Shown piece after piece: positions 13,627-26,541 of a stretch of DNA of 64,000 bases (positions are counted from its first letter, which is position 1; every line of letters starts with the position of its first letter). Made by a program: the position numbers and the translations under genes. The notes under the pieces are model-generated. The model ran no database searches. It was not told where the DNA came from and saw only the letters and a list, made by a program, of their open reading frames with translations. Location: assembly GCA_036785375.1 (NCBI GenBank), contig JAWMAR010000596.1, forward strand, positions 930,001 through 994,000, written 5' to 3'. Source of the stretch: Leucoraja ocellata (lineage: Eukaryota).

Positions 13627-15220
13627 CAGTAGATTTAGAAAGTATTCAGACCCCTTCACTTTTTCCACATTTTGTAACGTTACAGCCTTATTTTAAAACG
13701 GATTAAATTCATATTTTTTAAACATCAATCTACACACAATACCCCAGAATGAAGAAGCGAAAACAGGTGTTTAGAAATTTTTGCAAAGTAATTAAAAAGA
13801 AATAACCAAAATATAACATTTACATAAGTATTCAGACCCTTTGCTATGATGCTCAAAATTGAGCTTAGGTTCATCCTGTTTTCCATGGATTATCCTTGAG
13901 ATGTTTCTACAACTTGATTGGAGTCCACCAGTGGTAAATTAGATTGATAGGACATGATATGGAAAGGCACAGCCCTGCCTATATAAGGTCCCACAGTTGA
14001 CAGTGCATGTCGGAGCAAAAACCAAGCCATGAAGACGAAGGAATTGTCCGTAGACATCCGAGATAGGATTGTGTTGAGACACAGATCTGGAGAAGGGTAT
14101 AAAACAATTTCTGCAGCATTGCAGGTCCCGAAGAGCATAGTGGCCTCCGTCATTCTTAAATGGAAGAACTTTGGAACCACCAGGACTCTTCATAGAGCTG
14201 GCCGCCCAGACAAACTGAACAATCGGGGAGAAGGGCCTTGGTCAGGGAGGTGACCAAGAACCCGATGATCACTCTGACAGAGCTCCAGAGTTCCTCTGTG
14301 GAGATGGGAGAACCTTCCAGATGGACAACTATATCTGCAGCACTCCACCAATCAGACCTTTATGGTAGAGTGGCCAGACAGAAGCCACTCTTCAATAAAA
14401 GGCACATGACAGCCCGCTTGGAGTTTGCCAAAAGGCACCTAAAGGACTTTCAAGACCAGGATGATGAATACAAGATTGAACTCTTTGGCCTGAATGCCAT
14501 GTGTCACGTTCGGAGGAAACCAGGCACCGCTCATCACCTGGCCAATACCATACCTACGGTGAAGCATGGTGGTTGCAGCATCATGCTGTGGGCATGTTTT
14601 TCCGCGGCAGGAACTGGGAGATGAATGGAGCTAAGTGCAGAGAGATCCTTGATGAAAACCTGCTCCAGAGCATTCAGGACCTCAGACTGGGGCGGAGGTT
14701 CACCTTCCAACAGGACAATGACCCTAAGCATACAGTCAAGACAACGCAGGAGTGGCTTTGTGACAAGTCTGTGAATGTCCTTGAGTGGCCCAGTCAGAGC
14801 CCGGACTTGAATCCAACCGAACATCCCTGGAGGGACCTGAAAATAGCTGTGAATCAACGTTCCCCATCCAACCTGACCGAGCTTGAGGGGATCTGCAGAG
14901 AAGAATGGGAGAAATTACCCAAATACAGGTGTGCCAAGCTTGTAGCGTCATACCCTAGAAGACTTGAGGCTGTAATCGCTGCCAATGGTGCCTCGATAAA
15001 GTACTGAGTAAAGGGTCTGAATACCTAAGTAAATGTGATATTTCAGTTATTTCTTTTTTATTATTTTGCAAAAATTTCTAAATACCTGTTTTCGCTTTTT
15101 TATTATAGGGCATTGCGTGTAGATTGATGATTAAATAAATTTAATCCATTTTAGAATAAGGCTGTAACGTAACAAAATGTGGAAACATTGAAGGGGTCTG
15201 AATACTTTCTGAATGCACTG
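13627..15220 (+). mobile_element. Full-length Tc1/mariner DNA transposon (IR/DR type) with a disrupted transposase
   Basis: TA|cagt...cactg|TA; ~210-bp TIRs, each with an outer and an inner aagtattcagacc repeat; transposase from ATG 14029 to stop 15007 split over three frames; DE.KIELFG, FQQDNDPKH, WPSQSPDLNP.E (DD34E-type motifs). Confidence 0.95.
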
Positions 15221-16389
15221 TAGACGGCTGTGAAACGTCTTTATAATTGTCATGGGGAGTGGTGAAGGTTTAAGTGTATAAGTTTCCAGTGAGCTATTGA
15301 TATCTTGTTTCATGCAAACATGAACACATTATGTTTTACAAAAACAAAGTGCTGGAGTAACTCAGCGGTCCAGGCAGCATCTCTGGAGAACATAGATAGG
15401 TGACGTTATGGGTCAGGACCCTTCTTCAAATCGAAAAAGGGGCCTGACCCGAAATGTCATTCATCCGTGTTCTCCCTGGCCTGCTGAGGTACTCCAATAT
15501 TTTGTCTCTTTTTGTGTAAACAAAGTGCTCGGTGGGTACCAGTGTAGGACACGGTATACCTCTGTCAAGGTATACCATCTGCCAAGAAGGTCCAATGACT
15601 TGTCAACTGAGATTGATTCTCAAGTCTCTGAAGTGGGGTTTTAAGTCACTGCTTTGAAAAGCAAATGTCACATCATCTAATTTCATTCCGATAATAGACA
15701 CTTACGCAATTATCTGGACTTGGGATTTAACAGTAATGTTAGAATCATTTACTTGTATCTGCATATGATTACAGTCAAGAGCCAAAGCACAAATGACATT
15801 GAGAAACTGAAATGGAGAGGTCCAAGAAAATGTCAACTTGTATGACCAGAGACCTTGATGTAAACTGAATGTATTCGGCCAGTCAGGGGTCTGCCAAGAA
15901 TGTTCAACGCCTGCACACGTTCTAATTGTTTAGCAAATATCGTGTGAAATGCAAACATTATCACATGTCTGAAACTTACTAGGGCCTTCTCAAAGGCAAC
16001 AAGGTTTTGGGCAATTCGAATTGAATTGAATTGAATCCTTTATTTGTCATTCAGACCTTTCGGTCTGAACGAAATGTCGTTGCCGAAACTCTTTTCCATC
16101 AATACAAACTCTCAAACATTCTAGAAATACTTCTGAAATTGGATAGGAGTGTCTGTGTGACTCTCCAGGCAGCCTTCTCTGAAACCACCTATGAGGAGCT
16201 GTGACAGTGTAACTTGTGGATCTTAGCAATTGCATCAGCATGGATATTAAATATCTTCATGTGAGGGCAAATGAAGATCCTAAATCAGCTCTACCCGAGT
16301 CGTTGAATAAAGAGCTGATATGGTGAAATGCCGCTATGTTTATATCTGCGATCTGCCATTCCAATGAAAGGCAGAGCAGGCAACCCATT

Positions 16390-16795
16390 TTCAATCAATA
16401 AATCAATCAGTTTTATTCGTCACATTGCACATAAAGTGCAAGTGAAATGAATTTGTCAGCAGCGGTACAATGATAAAGAACACACAAACACAATAAAAAA
16501 TTTAACACAAACATCCACCACAGCATTCTTCACTGTGGTGGAAGGCACAGAACTTGGCCAGTCCTCCTCCATTTTCCCCCATGGTCGGGACCTCAACCCT
16601 CCACAGCCATCTCTGCGGGTGTCCAGATAATAAAGGAGAAGGTAAAAGTCAAGTTAAGTCCAGGATCGGCACTTCCCCACCAGAGACCGCGGCTTCAGGC
16701 TGGTGTAGGCCGCAGGCGGGCGGTCGAAGATTTAAAGTTCGCGCCGCAGCCAGAAGCACCGCAGACTGCAGGGCCGGCGGTCGAAGCTCCCCTCC
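16390..16795 (-). mobile_element. Non-autonomous retroposon or LINE 3' region with an (attg)n tail
   Basis: tcaatcaataaatcaatc tail next to a ttgcac-ataaa-gtgcaa hairpin; GC-rich body. Confidence 0.5.
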
Positions 16796-19700
16796 ACATT
16801 TTTACTCCAAATATTAAATTGGCCAGCGATTTAAAATAAATAAATAAATAACCGGGAACGGAAGCCCAATCGATTTTTCTTCATTGACTAGCAGCCCGAG
16901 GAAATCCCTCTCCGACAAGCGATACAAACCTGCATTTTAATCCCGCCGCGCCCCCCCCAAGGTGTCAAAGTCGCGCCCACAGCCCTTGACAGATCTGCAG
17001 CGCTGCTGAAGTTAGGTTTTGTAACATCGCTACTCCCAGAGGGAGTAATGGCCGCCACGGTCACCTTCCCATCGTCGCCACCATGTTCTAGAACTTCAAG
17101 GAGCTCAGCTGGGAGCGCGCAGCACGACCTGAGCAGCAGTTTAAAAACGATTAGTGACATATTTAAAGAAGTGAAAATTAGGAAGCCAAGAAGTGCAGAA
17201 GACGTGAAAGGGGTGACGTCACTCGCAACGTGAGCAAAGGCAGGCAGTCAGATCCATTGTGACCTCATCAGCGAGACCATCTCCTTTATTTTCTAAGTTA
17301 TTTGAGATTTGTGAACATTTTCATAAATAACTCAAGAAATAATGCATGAAATTTTCAGATAAGGCAAATTTTGATTTCACGGGATAAATCTCTACACACA
17401 CACACAGACAATCAGAGTTTTATAGTTATAATAATAATAAGGATGTTAGTTATTAACAGTCAAAGCAAGTTCCTAAAATGAATGAGCAGTCTGTTTTCAG
17501 TTAAGCTCTATCATGCACCAAAAATATGCTTTAGTCTAAATGTCAAATATCAGTACACAAAATCACAATTTCCTTTGCTTGGCTTCCTGTAGGCACCTTT
17601 GAATTAAATTGCTAATCAGTGCTAAATTAGAAAGTTTGTGCTGTGGGCCATTACAGATATGTTCAGAAATGATTTGCATTTGTTCGCTGGAGCTCCTTTA
17701 GTTCATCACATTTGCTTGTGCTTCGATACTGTTGGGTGGTGTCTCTTGCCTCTGTCAGTGCCAGAAATGGGCACACTTCCTTCCCAGCTCCAGAGAAGGA
17801 GGAGTTGCAGGCCGCAGAAGCACCCCCACACAAGATGCCCCTGACTGGAGTCAAGCAGTGGAATCCCAGGAAATGGGGCTCAGAAACACACTTGTGTCAT
17901 TAAGCTGGAAAGAGTGCAGAGAAGATTAATAAGGATGTTGCCAGGACTCGAGGCAGTGGAGAACAACTCCCGGCTGAGTCACCAACATCTTCCACAGGGT
18001 GCACCAGCGAGCCCTTCACCAGCTGTTGTTGTGGAAATCGAACGTCAGTGGTACAAATGGTGGTCAATTGTCCATGAGTCTGTGCCAGCTCTGTGCAAAT
18101 GGAGTGCAGGTGGCAGGCACTATGTGCTGACCATACGTCTTTGTTTTCTCTTTCAAGGTGAATCCCTAGTTAAATTTGCCTCCACACTTTGCTGGGCAGT
18201 GCATTTCCAGATTATAATAATTTTTCCTAAAATAATAGTTTTTCCCAGTATCACCTTTAGACTTTCAGACTTCAGACCTTGGAGAAAAAGCGCAGAAATA
18301 GGCCCTTCGGCCCAGCGATCACCCTGTACATTAACCTACACACACTACCGACAATTTTTTTTACTACTTACTGAAGCCAATTGGCCTACCAACCTGTACG
18401 TCTTTGGAGTGTGGAACCTTGTTTGCCAAATAGTTTAAACCTCTTCCCGTGATTTCTTCTTTCAATCACTGGGAACACCATTTCACGAGCGAGACCTCTC
18501 GTCTTTTGAACACTCCTGTCATATTTCTTTTGCACCTGCTTTACTCTTAAATATGCTTCGACTACCCCGACCGCGGGAGAATAAGAGGAAGAAGATTAGA
18601 CTTTATTCCCTTCCATCACAGTGAGGAATCCGCTGTGGTGTATGTTTATGTTAACTTTTATGTAGTGTGTGGCTTGTTGCTTTTTTTTTAGTATGGCTGC
18701 ATAGTAATTCGTATATCAGTGTACCTTAATTGGTACACGTGACAATAAACTGACCTTGAAACCTTGAAATAGAACGTGACACTATCTTTTGCTTTTCCGT
18801 GTTACCAGGTTCCACATCCTCAAAGCCATTTCTGCATCACTACATGATGTTCGTATCTTTCCTAAAGCACGGTGACTAACATTTAGCACAATGTACTGAA
18901 TTACGGCCAAAACCCACAGAGCTATTAAAACAGTAACTGATAGGTACAGGGCAGGTTGCCAGTTTACAATAGTCAGCTCCCAGTACAATAACTGAGATGA
19001 ATGATCAGTGGAGTTCTTTGTATTGCTATTGATTCAACAGAATATTGTTTTGGACACTGAGAAAACCTCATGCTTTCCTTTGACTGTTACAGGAACAGGC
19101 AGATGGATCCAATAATGAGGCACTCATTCGGGATCCCACTGCAGCATCAACCTTAGTTCAGTGCATAAGACAAAGTGAAGTTTTGACCAACATAATTCTG
19201 ACAGAGGCAAGAGCATAAATAATCAAACCGTCGATTTTTAAAAATAATAACTTTACACAATCTCATTATTGAAAGCACTAGTCGACTTTTTAAAGACAGA
19301 TACATCTAAAAAATTAGCGCCCGTCATATGTATTTTGGTTTGTAAATTACTTTTTAAAAATCAGAAGTGAAGGAAATACAGGAAATATATTGTTGAGGGG
19401 AACAGGCCAGCCAGGTTGGTTGATCTGGAAACTGAGCACGATAAATGGACTGTGTTTGCAGTGTGAATTGAAGTGTAGATCCTCAAGGCATCCACAGGCA
19501 ATTGGAAGGAATGTGAGCTCCTTCTCCATGGCATCCTTCACAACATTTACTGATGTTGTGCCATTCATCATGATTAAGTAATAGCTGTGACCCCTTGAAG
19601 GCTTTTGCTTGGTAAGTATTGCGAAACTCCCATCGGCTTTAGTTTTTTGGCAGGACGTTCAAAATCTGTGGGTGAACAGTTTTGTGTTGTTGACTTATGA

Positions 19701-21224
19701 TATCACATCTGGAATAACTAGCGAAAGGCAAGCATGACTTTATCCAGAAGCATGTCACTTAATCAGACTCTAAATAATGTATGGCAAAAAGGGTATTTTA
19801 ACCATATATGGATTAAAAGCATTTTCCCTTTTTAAATTCTGTAGTCTGCTATACCATTTAGCTTCGGTGTGTTCATTGATTGTTGGTAAATCTGACCATA
19901 CAGTCTTACTATTTGTATTGATCCAGCGAGTTATTATTTTTCATCTAAAAGAGACAGAAAAGTATTTGTGAATCACACATCCATAATCTAGGGCTTTATC
20001 TTTTTGGAACCGATACGCTATAATGCTGAGAATTATATCTTGTACTCGTTGCTCTATCTATTGTAATTGAGTTTGAATTGATAGTATGTACATCTAATCT
20101 GTTTAGATAGCATGCAAAACAAAGCTTTCCACTGTACCTTATTACGCGTGACAATAATCATCCTAAATCTTTGAGTGACATATCCTGACACGATTTTATA
20201 GTGTGGGAAGGAACTGCAGATACTCGTTTAAACCGAAGATAGACATGAGTGGCTCGACAGGGATTAATTTGTACTTGAGCTGGTTCTGATTTATGAATTT
20301 AAAATCTCTTGTGTTTGAACCAGATGGCAAATCCAGAATGGTTTGCTTGTCCTGGACAAGCATGTGGGAAAGATTGTGCAGGTTGGAAATGTGTTGGAGG
20401 GCGAGATTACAATATGGTTAGATTAATTATATTTAAAATACACTGGGAAGAAAAATTCAAAATTGATCTGTAGTAGTTTATGATGATTACAGTTGTGCTA
20501 AGAGACTGATTAAGCTCCGAATATTTTCTTAAAAAATGAGATTGGGTGGCGATTTAGATGATTAAATTGAGAGGTCGAGGAAGGATGAATGGCGTGGATC
20601 TACTTCCCTTGGTATCAAGGTCAATAAATAGACGGCATAATATTACAATTGATGGTTGGAAGGATCACAAAGGAGTGCAATTGGGAAGTAGTAGCTTAAA
20701 TGGCCTCATATTTGGATGGCATGGATATGATGGGCTGAGGCCTCATTATCTGTTGTCTGGTTCTGTGACGATGTTATATGACAAGTACATGAAGAATAGG
20801 CTGTTTGGCCTTGTATGTGTGCTGTTGTTCACAATTGTGGCTGGCCGACCAAAGCAAACCAACGCCATCAATCTTGATTTCCTTTATATTCAAAAATCCA
20901 GCAATCTCTTCCTTGAATACTTCACGATTGAAGTTCCCCAAAGATTCACAAAGCTGTGGCTGCAGACATTTCTTTTCATCACTTATAAGAAATGATCGTC
21001 CTCTTATTTGGGGATACTGAACCCTGGTTAAAGATACACCAACTGGGAGATATATACATTCAAACTCTTTTAAACATCATCATAATTTAGGAGTACGTGG
21101 ATAGGCAACGTTTCAGGTCGGAGCCCTTCCTCAAACTGAGGAAGGGTCATGGCCTGAAAGGTCACCTATTCATGTTCTCCAGAGATGCTGCCTTGCCCAC
21201 TATTTATTTGAGCAAGAAGAAGAG

Positions 21225-22282
21225 TTGAGTATTGGAGCGGATGTCCTTCTGCAGTTGTACAGGGAGACTACACCTGGAGTATTGTATGCAGCTTTGGTCT
21301 CCAAATTTGAGGAAGGACATTCTTGCTATTGAGGGAGTGCAGTCAGTGTAGGTTCACAAGGTTAATTCCCGGGATGGCGGGACTGTCATATGTTGAGAGA
21401 ATGGAGCGCCTGAGCTTGTATACTCTGGAATTTAGAAGGATGAGAGGTTATCTTATTGAAACATATAAGATTATTAAGGATTTTGACACATAGAGCAGGA
21501 AACATGTTCCTGATGTTGGGGGAGTCCAAAACCAGGGGTCAGAGTTTAAGAATAAGGGGTAAGACATTTTGAACTGAAATGAGGAAACACTTTTTCACAC
21601 CAAGAGTTGTGAGTCTGCGGAATTCTCTGGCTCAGGGCGGTGGAGGCCGGTTCTCTGGATACTTTCAAGAGAGAGCTAGATAGAGCTCTTAAAGATAGCG
21701 GAGTCAGGGGATATGGGGAGAAGGCAGGAATGGGGGTACTGATTGTGGATGATCAGCCATGATCACATTAAATGGCAGTGCTGGCTCGAAGGGCCGAATG
21801 GCCTACTCCTGCACCTATTGTCTAGTGTCTATTGTCATATGTTGAAAGAATAGTGCGACTGGGCTTGTATACTCTGGAATTTAGAAGGATGAGAGGATAT
21901 CTTATTGAAACATAAGATTATCAAGGGAGTGGACACATTAGAGGCAGGAAACGTGTTCCCGGTGTTGGGGGAGTCCAGAACCAGGGGCCACGTTTTAAGA
22001 ATAAGGGGTAAGCCATTTAGAATGGAGATGAGGAAAAACTTTTTCACCCAGAGAGTTGTGAATCTGTGGAATTCTCTGCCTCAGAAGGCAGTGGAGGCCA
22101 ATTCTTTGGATGCTTTCAAGAGAGAGTTAGATAGAGCTCTTAAAGATAGTGGAGTCAAGGGATATGGGGAGAAGGCAGGAACGGGGTACTGATTGTGGAT
22201 GATCAGCCATGATCACAGTGAATGGCGGTGCTGGCTCGAAGGGCTAAATGGCCTACTCCTGCACCATTGCCTATTGTCTATT
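21225..22282 (+). mobile_element. Two head-to-tail 5'-truncated CR1 LINE copies (junction ~21835)
   Basis: Both end in gaatggcctactcctgcacc..(attgtct)n-type tails; ESRTRGH.LRIRG, FFTQRVVNLWNSLP. Confidence 0.9.
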
Positions 22283-24242
22283 CTCCTGAGATGCATCCTG
22301 ATCTGCTTAGTTGCTCCGGCCCTCTATGCCCTAATGTTGTAACTAGCATCAGCAGTTTCTTGTTTCTGCCTTCCTAATTGTTTGCTGAACCTGCACGTTA
22401 ACTCGGTGAGGTGTGATTGGAGCCTCAAGGAATATTGTTTCGAAAAATAATGCCTTGAATCAAGTTGTCAAAAAGCAAAGAAGGGATGTGTGAGAAAATG
22501 ATTGGTTTCTATTTTTTTTTTTTGTCAAATTCAATAGTTTAATTTGATCTATTATTGACATTTGATATTCTAATATATTTCCCGTAACAAGTCACAAGCT
22601 TAAATGATTACACCTATTTTTTTTACTTTCTGTGAACTTTCAGCTAGCTGCATATTTGGATGATGAAAGTAGTATGTGCCCACAGCTAGAAGATTTCCTT
22701 CAGTTTAGGAACTGCTTCTGTGTAATCTGCTTAACACGTCCTTAATAACTGGAAAAGCTCACCATTTGGAAATTGAAGCCACTTTGCTCTCCAGGGTACT
22801 GTGCACTCTGGATCTCTCTTACTTATCAGTTTCATAGAGTCTAAATATAAATTCTCCCTTATATAGTTGATTTGCAAAACGACAAATTAAAATCTATTAA
22901 AATGTTGCCAATTCATGGAATTATAGATTGATATAGAGCAGTGGACCCATCTTGACCTAATAGAAGTGAACAGCTTCTTCCCTGCTGTTATCAGACTGAA
23001 CAGCCCTCTCATTAGATAACACTGTAGTCCTGATCTCCCAACCTACTTCATTGTGGCCAAATCACTTTTTTTTATCTGCACTTTCTCTGTAGCTCTAATA
23101 CTATAATACTCTAATACTCCATTCCACACTGGTATTTTTCGCTTTGCCCTACCTGTTTACTTGTGTGTGTATTAGTATGATGTGACTGGATAATACGCAA
23201 ATCTCAGACGCATATTTTGACTGCAGGTCAGTACACATGACAATTAACAAGTACTAATGCTATTTGATCCATTGTGTCAATGAAAGAACTGTCAATTAGT
23301 CCGGCTCCACTGGTCTCTCCACAGATCATTGCAAATTTCCAAGTTTTTATCCGATTCCATTTGAAAATTAGTATTACCACCATTTTAGATCATGCATTTC
23401 CAAATAACATATTTTAATTTCTTTATAACATTGGAAGTGGCCATTTTGCCCATCAGGTCTAAGCTAGTTCACAGAGAAATATAGTCTCTAACTATTTTTT
23501 CCAGTAATCACTTCTCCACAAATTCCCACCAACTCTCCCCTACATATACCACACGCCTGCATCCTAGGGTCAGTTTACAGTGGCTATTTAATCTACTGGA
23601 GGAACTCAGCAGGCCAGGTGCTGAGGGAGTGGATGGCTGTTTTGGGTTGGGACCCTTCTGACTGATCACTCTTCTTCAGACCTCCTTCATCCTCTACACA
23701 GATGTTGTTTGGCCTGCCGAGTTCCTTCAGCACTTCACTTTTTGTTCCAAGATTCCAGCACCTGCCGTCTTGTCTAATCTGCCATCACCTTTATCTTTGA
23801 CATATGAGAAATAACCAGGGCACCTCGGAATCTTATGTGGTCACAGGGCAGCATTCGGGCAACGTCACAGATCAAGCTGGGGTTGCCAAAGCACTGAGGC
23901 ATCAGTTCTGCTATTCAGCTCTACTATCTGTGTCACATGGCTGCCTCTGAGTATGTCTTGCTTTCCTCAAGTTGTTGATTCTTCTGCCACGGATTATAAA
24001 TCAGTAATCCAACGCATTAAATCTCATCAACCGTTGATGGGTCTGACATATTTTGTCTAGTTCTTGTAACTAGTGGAAACAAAAATACTTCAGTGCTGGA
24101 GTAGCTCAGTGGGTCAGGCAGCTTCTCAGGAGAACATGGATAGGTGAGATTTTGGTTTGGGACCCTCCTTCAGACTGATTGTGGAGGGAGTGGGATAGAA
24201 AGCTAGAAGAGAGGAGGGGTAGGTAATACATTGAAACAGATC

Positions 24243-24270
24243 TGTGTGTGTGTGTGTGTGTGTGTGTGTG
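24243..24270. repeat. (TG)n microsatellite
   Basis: About 14 TG units. Confidence 0.95.
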
Positions 24271-24522
24271 AAGGGGTGTTGATAGGTAGATGGCGGCAAA
24301 AAAACCTAGAGATTAAAAGACAGAATGGATGCCAGGCAGTGGGTACTGAGGTGGGGGAAGTGAATATATTTAATTGTCCAATAGCTAGGGTACTATCTGA
24401 TTCACCTCTACCCCATTGTGGACATTGGACTGAAGCACAAAATGCTGAGAACACTATTCTGCACTCTCTTTCATTTTGCTCTATCTATTGTACGAGTTTA
24501 CACGGATTGTAATCATATCACA

Positions 24523-25327
24523 TTGCAGTATAATGTGGATAAATGTGAGGTTATCCACTTTGGTGGCAAAAACAGGAAAGTAGACTATTATCTGAATGGT
24601 GGTCGATTTGGAAATGGGGAGATGCAAAGAGACCTGGGTGTCATGGTACACCATTCATTAAAAGTAGGCATGCAGGTGCGGCAGGCAGTGAAGAAGGCAA
24701 ATGGTCTGTTAGCATTCATAGCAAAATGATTTGAGTATAGGAGCAGGGAGGTTCTACTGCAGTTGTACAGGGTCCTGGTGAGACCACACCTGGAGTATTG
24801 CGTACAGTTTTGGTCTCCTAATCTGAGGAAGGACATTCTTGCCATAGAGGGAGTACAGAGAAGGTTCACCAGACTGATTCCTGGGATGTCAGGACTTTCA
24901 TATGAAGAAAGACTGGATAGACTCGGTTTGTACTCGCTAGAATTTAGAAGATTGAGGGGGGATCTTTTAGAAACGTACAAAATTCTTAATGGGTTGGACA
25001 GGCTAGATGCAGGAAGATTGTTCCTGATGTTGGGGAAGGATAAGGATAAGGGGGAAATCTTTTAGGACCGAAATGAGGAAAACATTTTTCACACAGAGAG
25101 TGGTGAATCTCTGGAACTCTCTGCCACAGAAGGTTGTTGAGGCCAGTTCATTGGCTATATTTAAGAGGGAGTTAGATGTGGCCCTTGTGGCTAAAGGGAT
25201 CAGGGGGTATGGAGAGAAGGCAGGTACGGGATACTGAGTTGGATGATCAGCCATGATCATATTGAATGGCGGTGCAGGCTCAAAGGGCCGAATGGCCTAC
25301 TCCTGCACCTATTTTCTATGTTTCTAT
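24523..25327 (+). mobile_element. Young CR1 LINE 3' fragment
   Basis: QYNVDKCEVIHFG, LVRPHLEYCVQFWSP, RGDLLETYKIL; tail ttctatgtttctat. Confidence 0.92.
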
Positions 25328-26457
25328 CTGATCTATTTGGATCGCATGCAAACCAAAACTTTTCACTGTACATCGGGACACACGACAATAATAAACCTAA
25401 ACCAAAAATGATTGAATAGTTGCACATTGTGAAGCTGGAGGAAGGAATGTAGGTGGGTGAGTGGGTGGGGGGAGGGAGGTTGAGAAATAGGTGCGAGTCC
25501 AGGAGGGGCACAGGGGAGGAGGGGGTGGGATTGGCGGAGGATGAAAGGGTAATTGAGAATATGTCTATGTATCAATTACTGCTAGAGTTTAGTGGCATCT
25601 GTTATGCATTACATTTTTGAGCAGATGTAATGATCCTCCCCCATGCTACAAGGTTGACCATCATTACTCTTCTAGGAAGTGCTTGCTGTGGTTCAGCCTA
25701 TGTCTTCTGTTCCCATGGTTTACCCGGAATCTTCACGGGTGTGACACCCATCGTGTTGAGTTCACCGGCTCAGCCTGATCTGTGTTCTTATCATTTTATG
25801 TTATTTTTCAACTGTTGCAGAAGAAACTCCAGTATTTTTAAACCTATTAAAATTATTACCATTAATTTGCTCCTTTCTTTTGTATTTCTATTTTGGGGTC
25901 AGAAACTCCTGCTTTTCGCAACTAATGGGACCCGAACTAATTAAATGTACATGGATTTGGCAAGGAACCCAAACAAACAGTTTTCCCCCAATCGTTTTCA
26001 TTGCTTTATTTCATACACGCTGCACATAACACTTGTTTTGTCTTGTTTAACGTATTCCGTGCCAAATGAGCCGAGAAGAATTTCCCAATCTTTTTCAAGT
26101 GTTTATTTCATACATGCTGCACATAACATATTTGTTTAACATGTTCTGTGGCAAAAGGCCTGAGAACGTTGGTGTCATTAGTCAAGTGTATGGAGAAGGG
26201 GAAGCAGGGGAGATGGACAGGGTCATAGAGCATTCACTGTACTTTTGTTGGAAATTACTGCCATCAAGGGTTCAGAGTAAGTCGGCCTGCCAACTTCAGC
26301 ACAGTGTGGATTTTCTGAGCTGAACTTTTGAGCTCTGTTTTGCCCAGGAGATCTGATCAGAATATTCCATAAAGACACGGCAGGAAAGTTTGATAATCAT
26401 GGGAAAAATTAACAAATATATTAAGTGTTCTAACAATTACTGTTATGTTCCTTTCAG

Positions 26458-26541
26458 CAATTTTTTGCGTTTGAAAATAAAGAAACATGCTACGAAGATG
26501 GCTGGAAAGTTTATGACCCAATTGAAGAATTTAAGAGGCTG
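26458..26541 (+). CDS. MTM1: Myotubularin coding exon (equivalent to human exon 7)
   Basis: ctttcag|CAA...CTG|gtaagc; 84 bp; QFFAFENKETCYEDGWKVYDPIEEFKRL, matches MTM1 'FAF..E....DGW.VY.P.EE' segment. Not in the ORF track. Confidence 0.92.

Noticed and set aside
17914-18438. 174-aa ORF
   Set aside because: Chimeric read-through of a CR1 scrap, unique DNA and an antisense SINE; no coherent protein.
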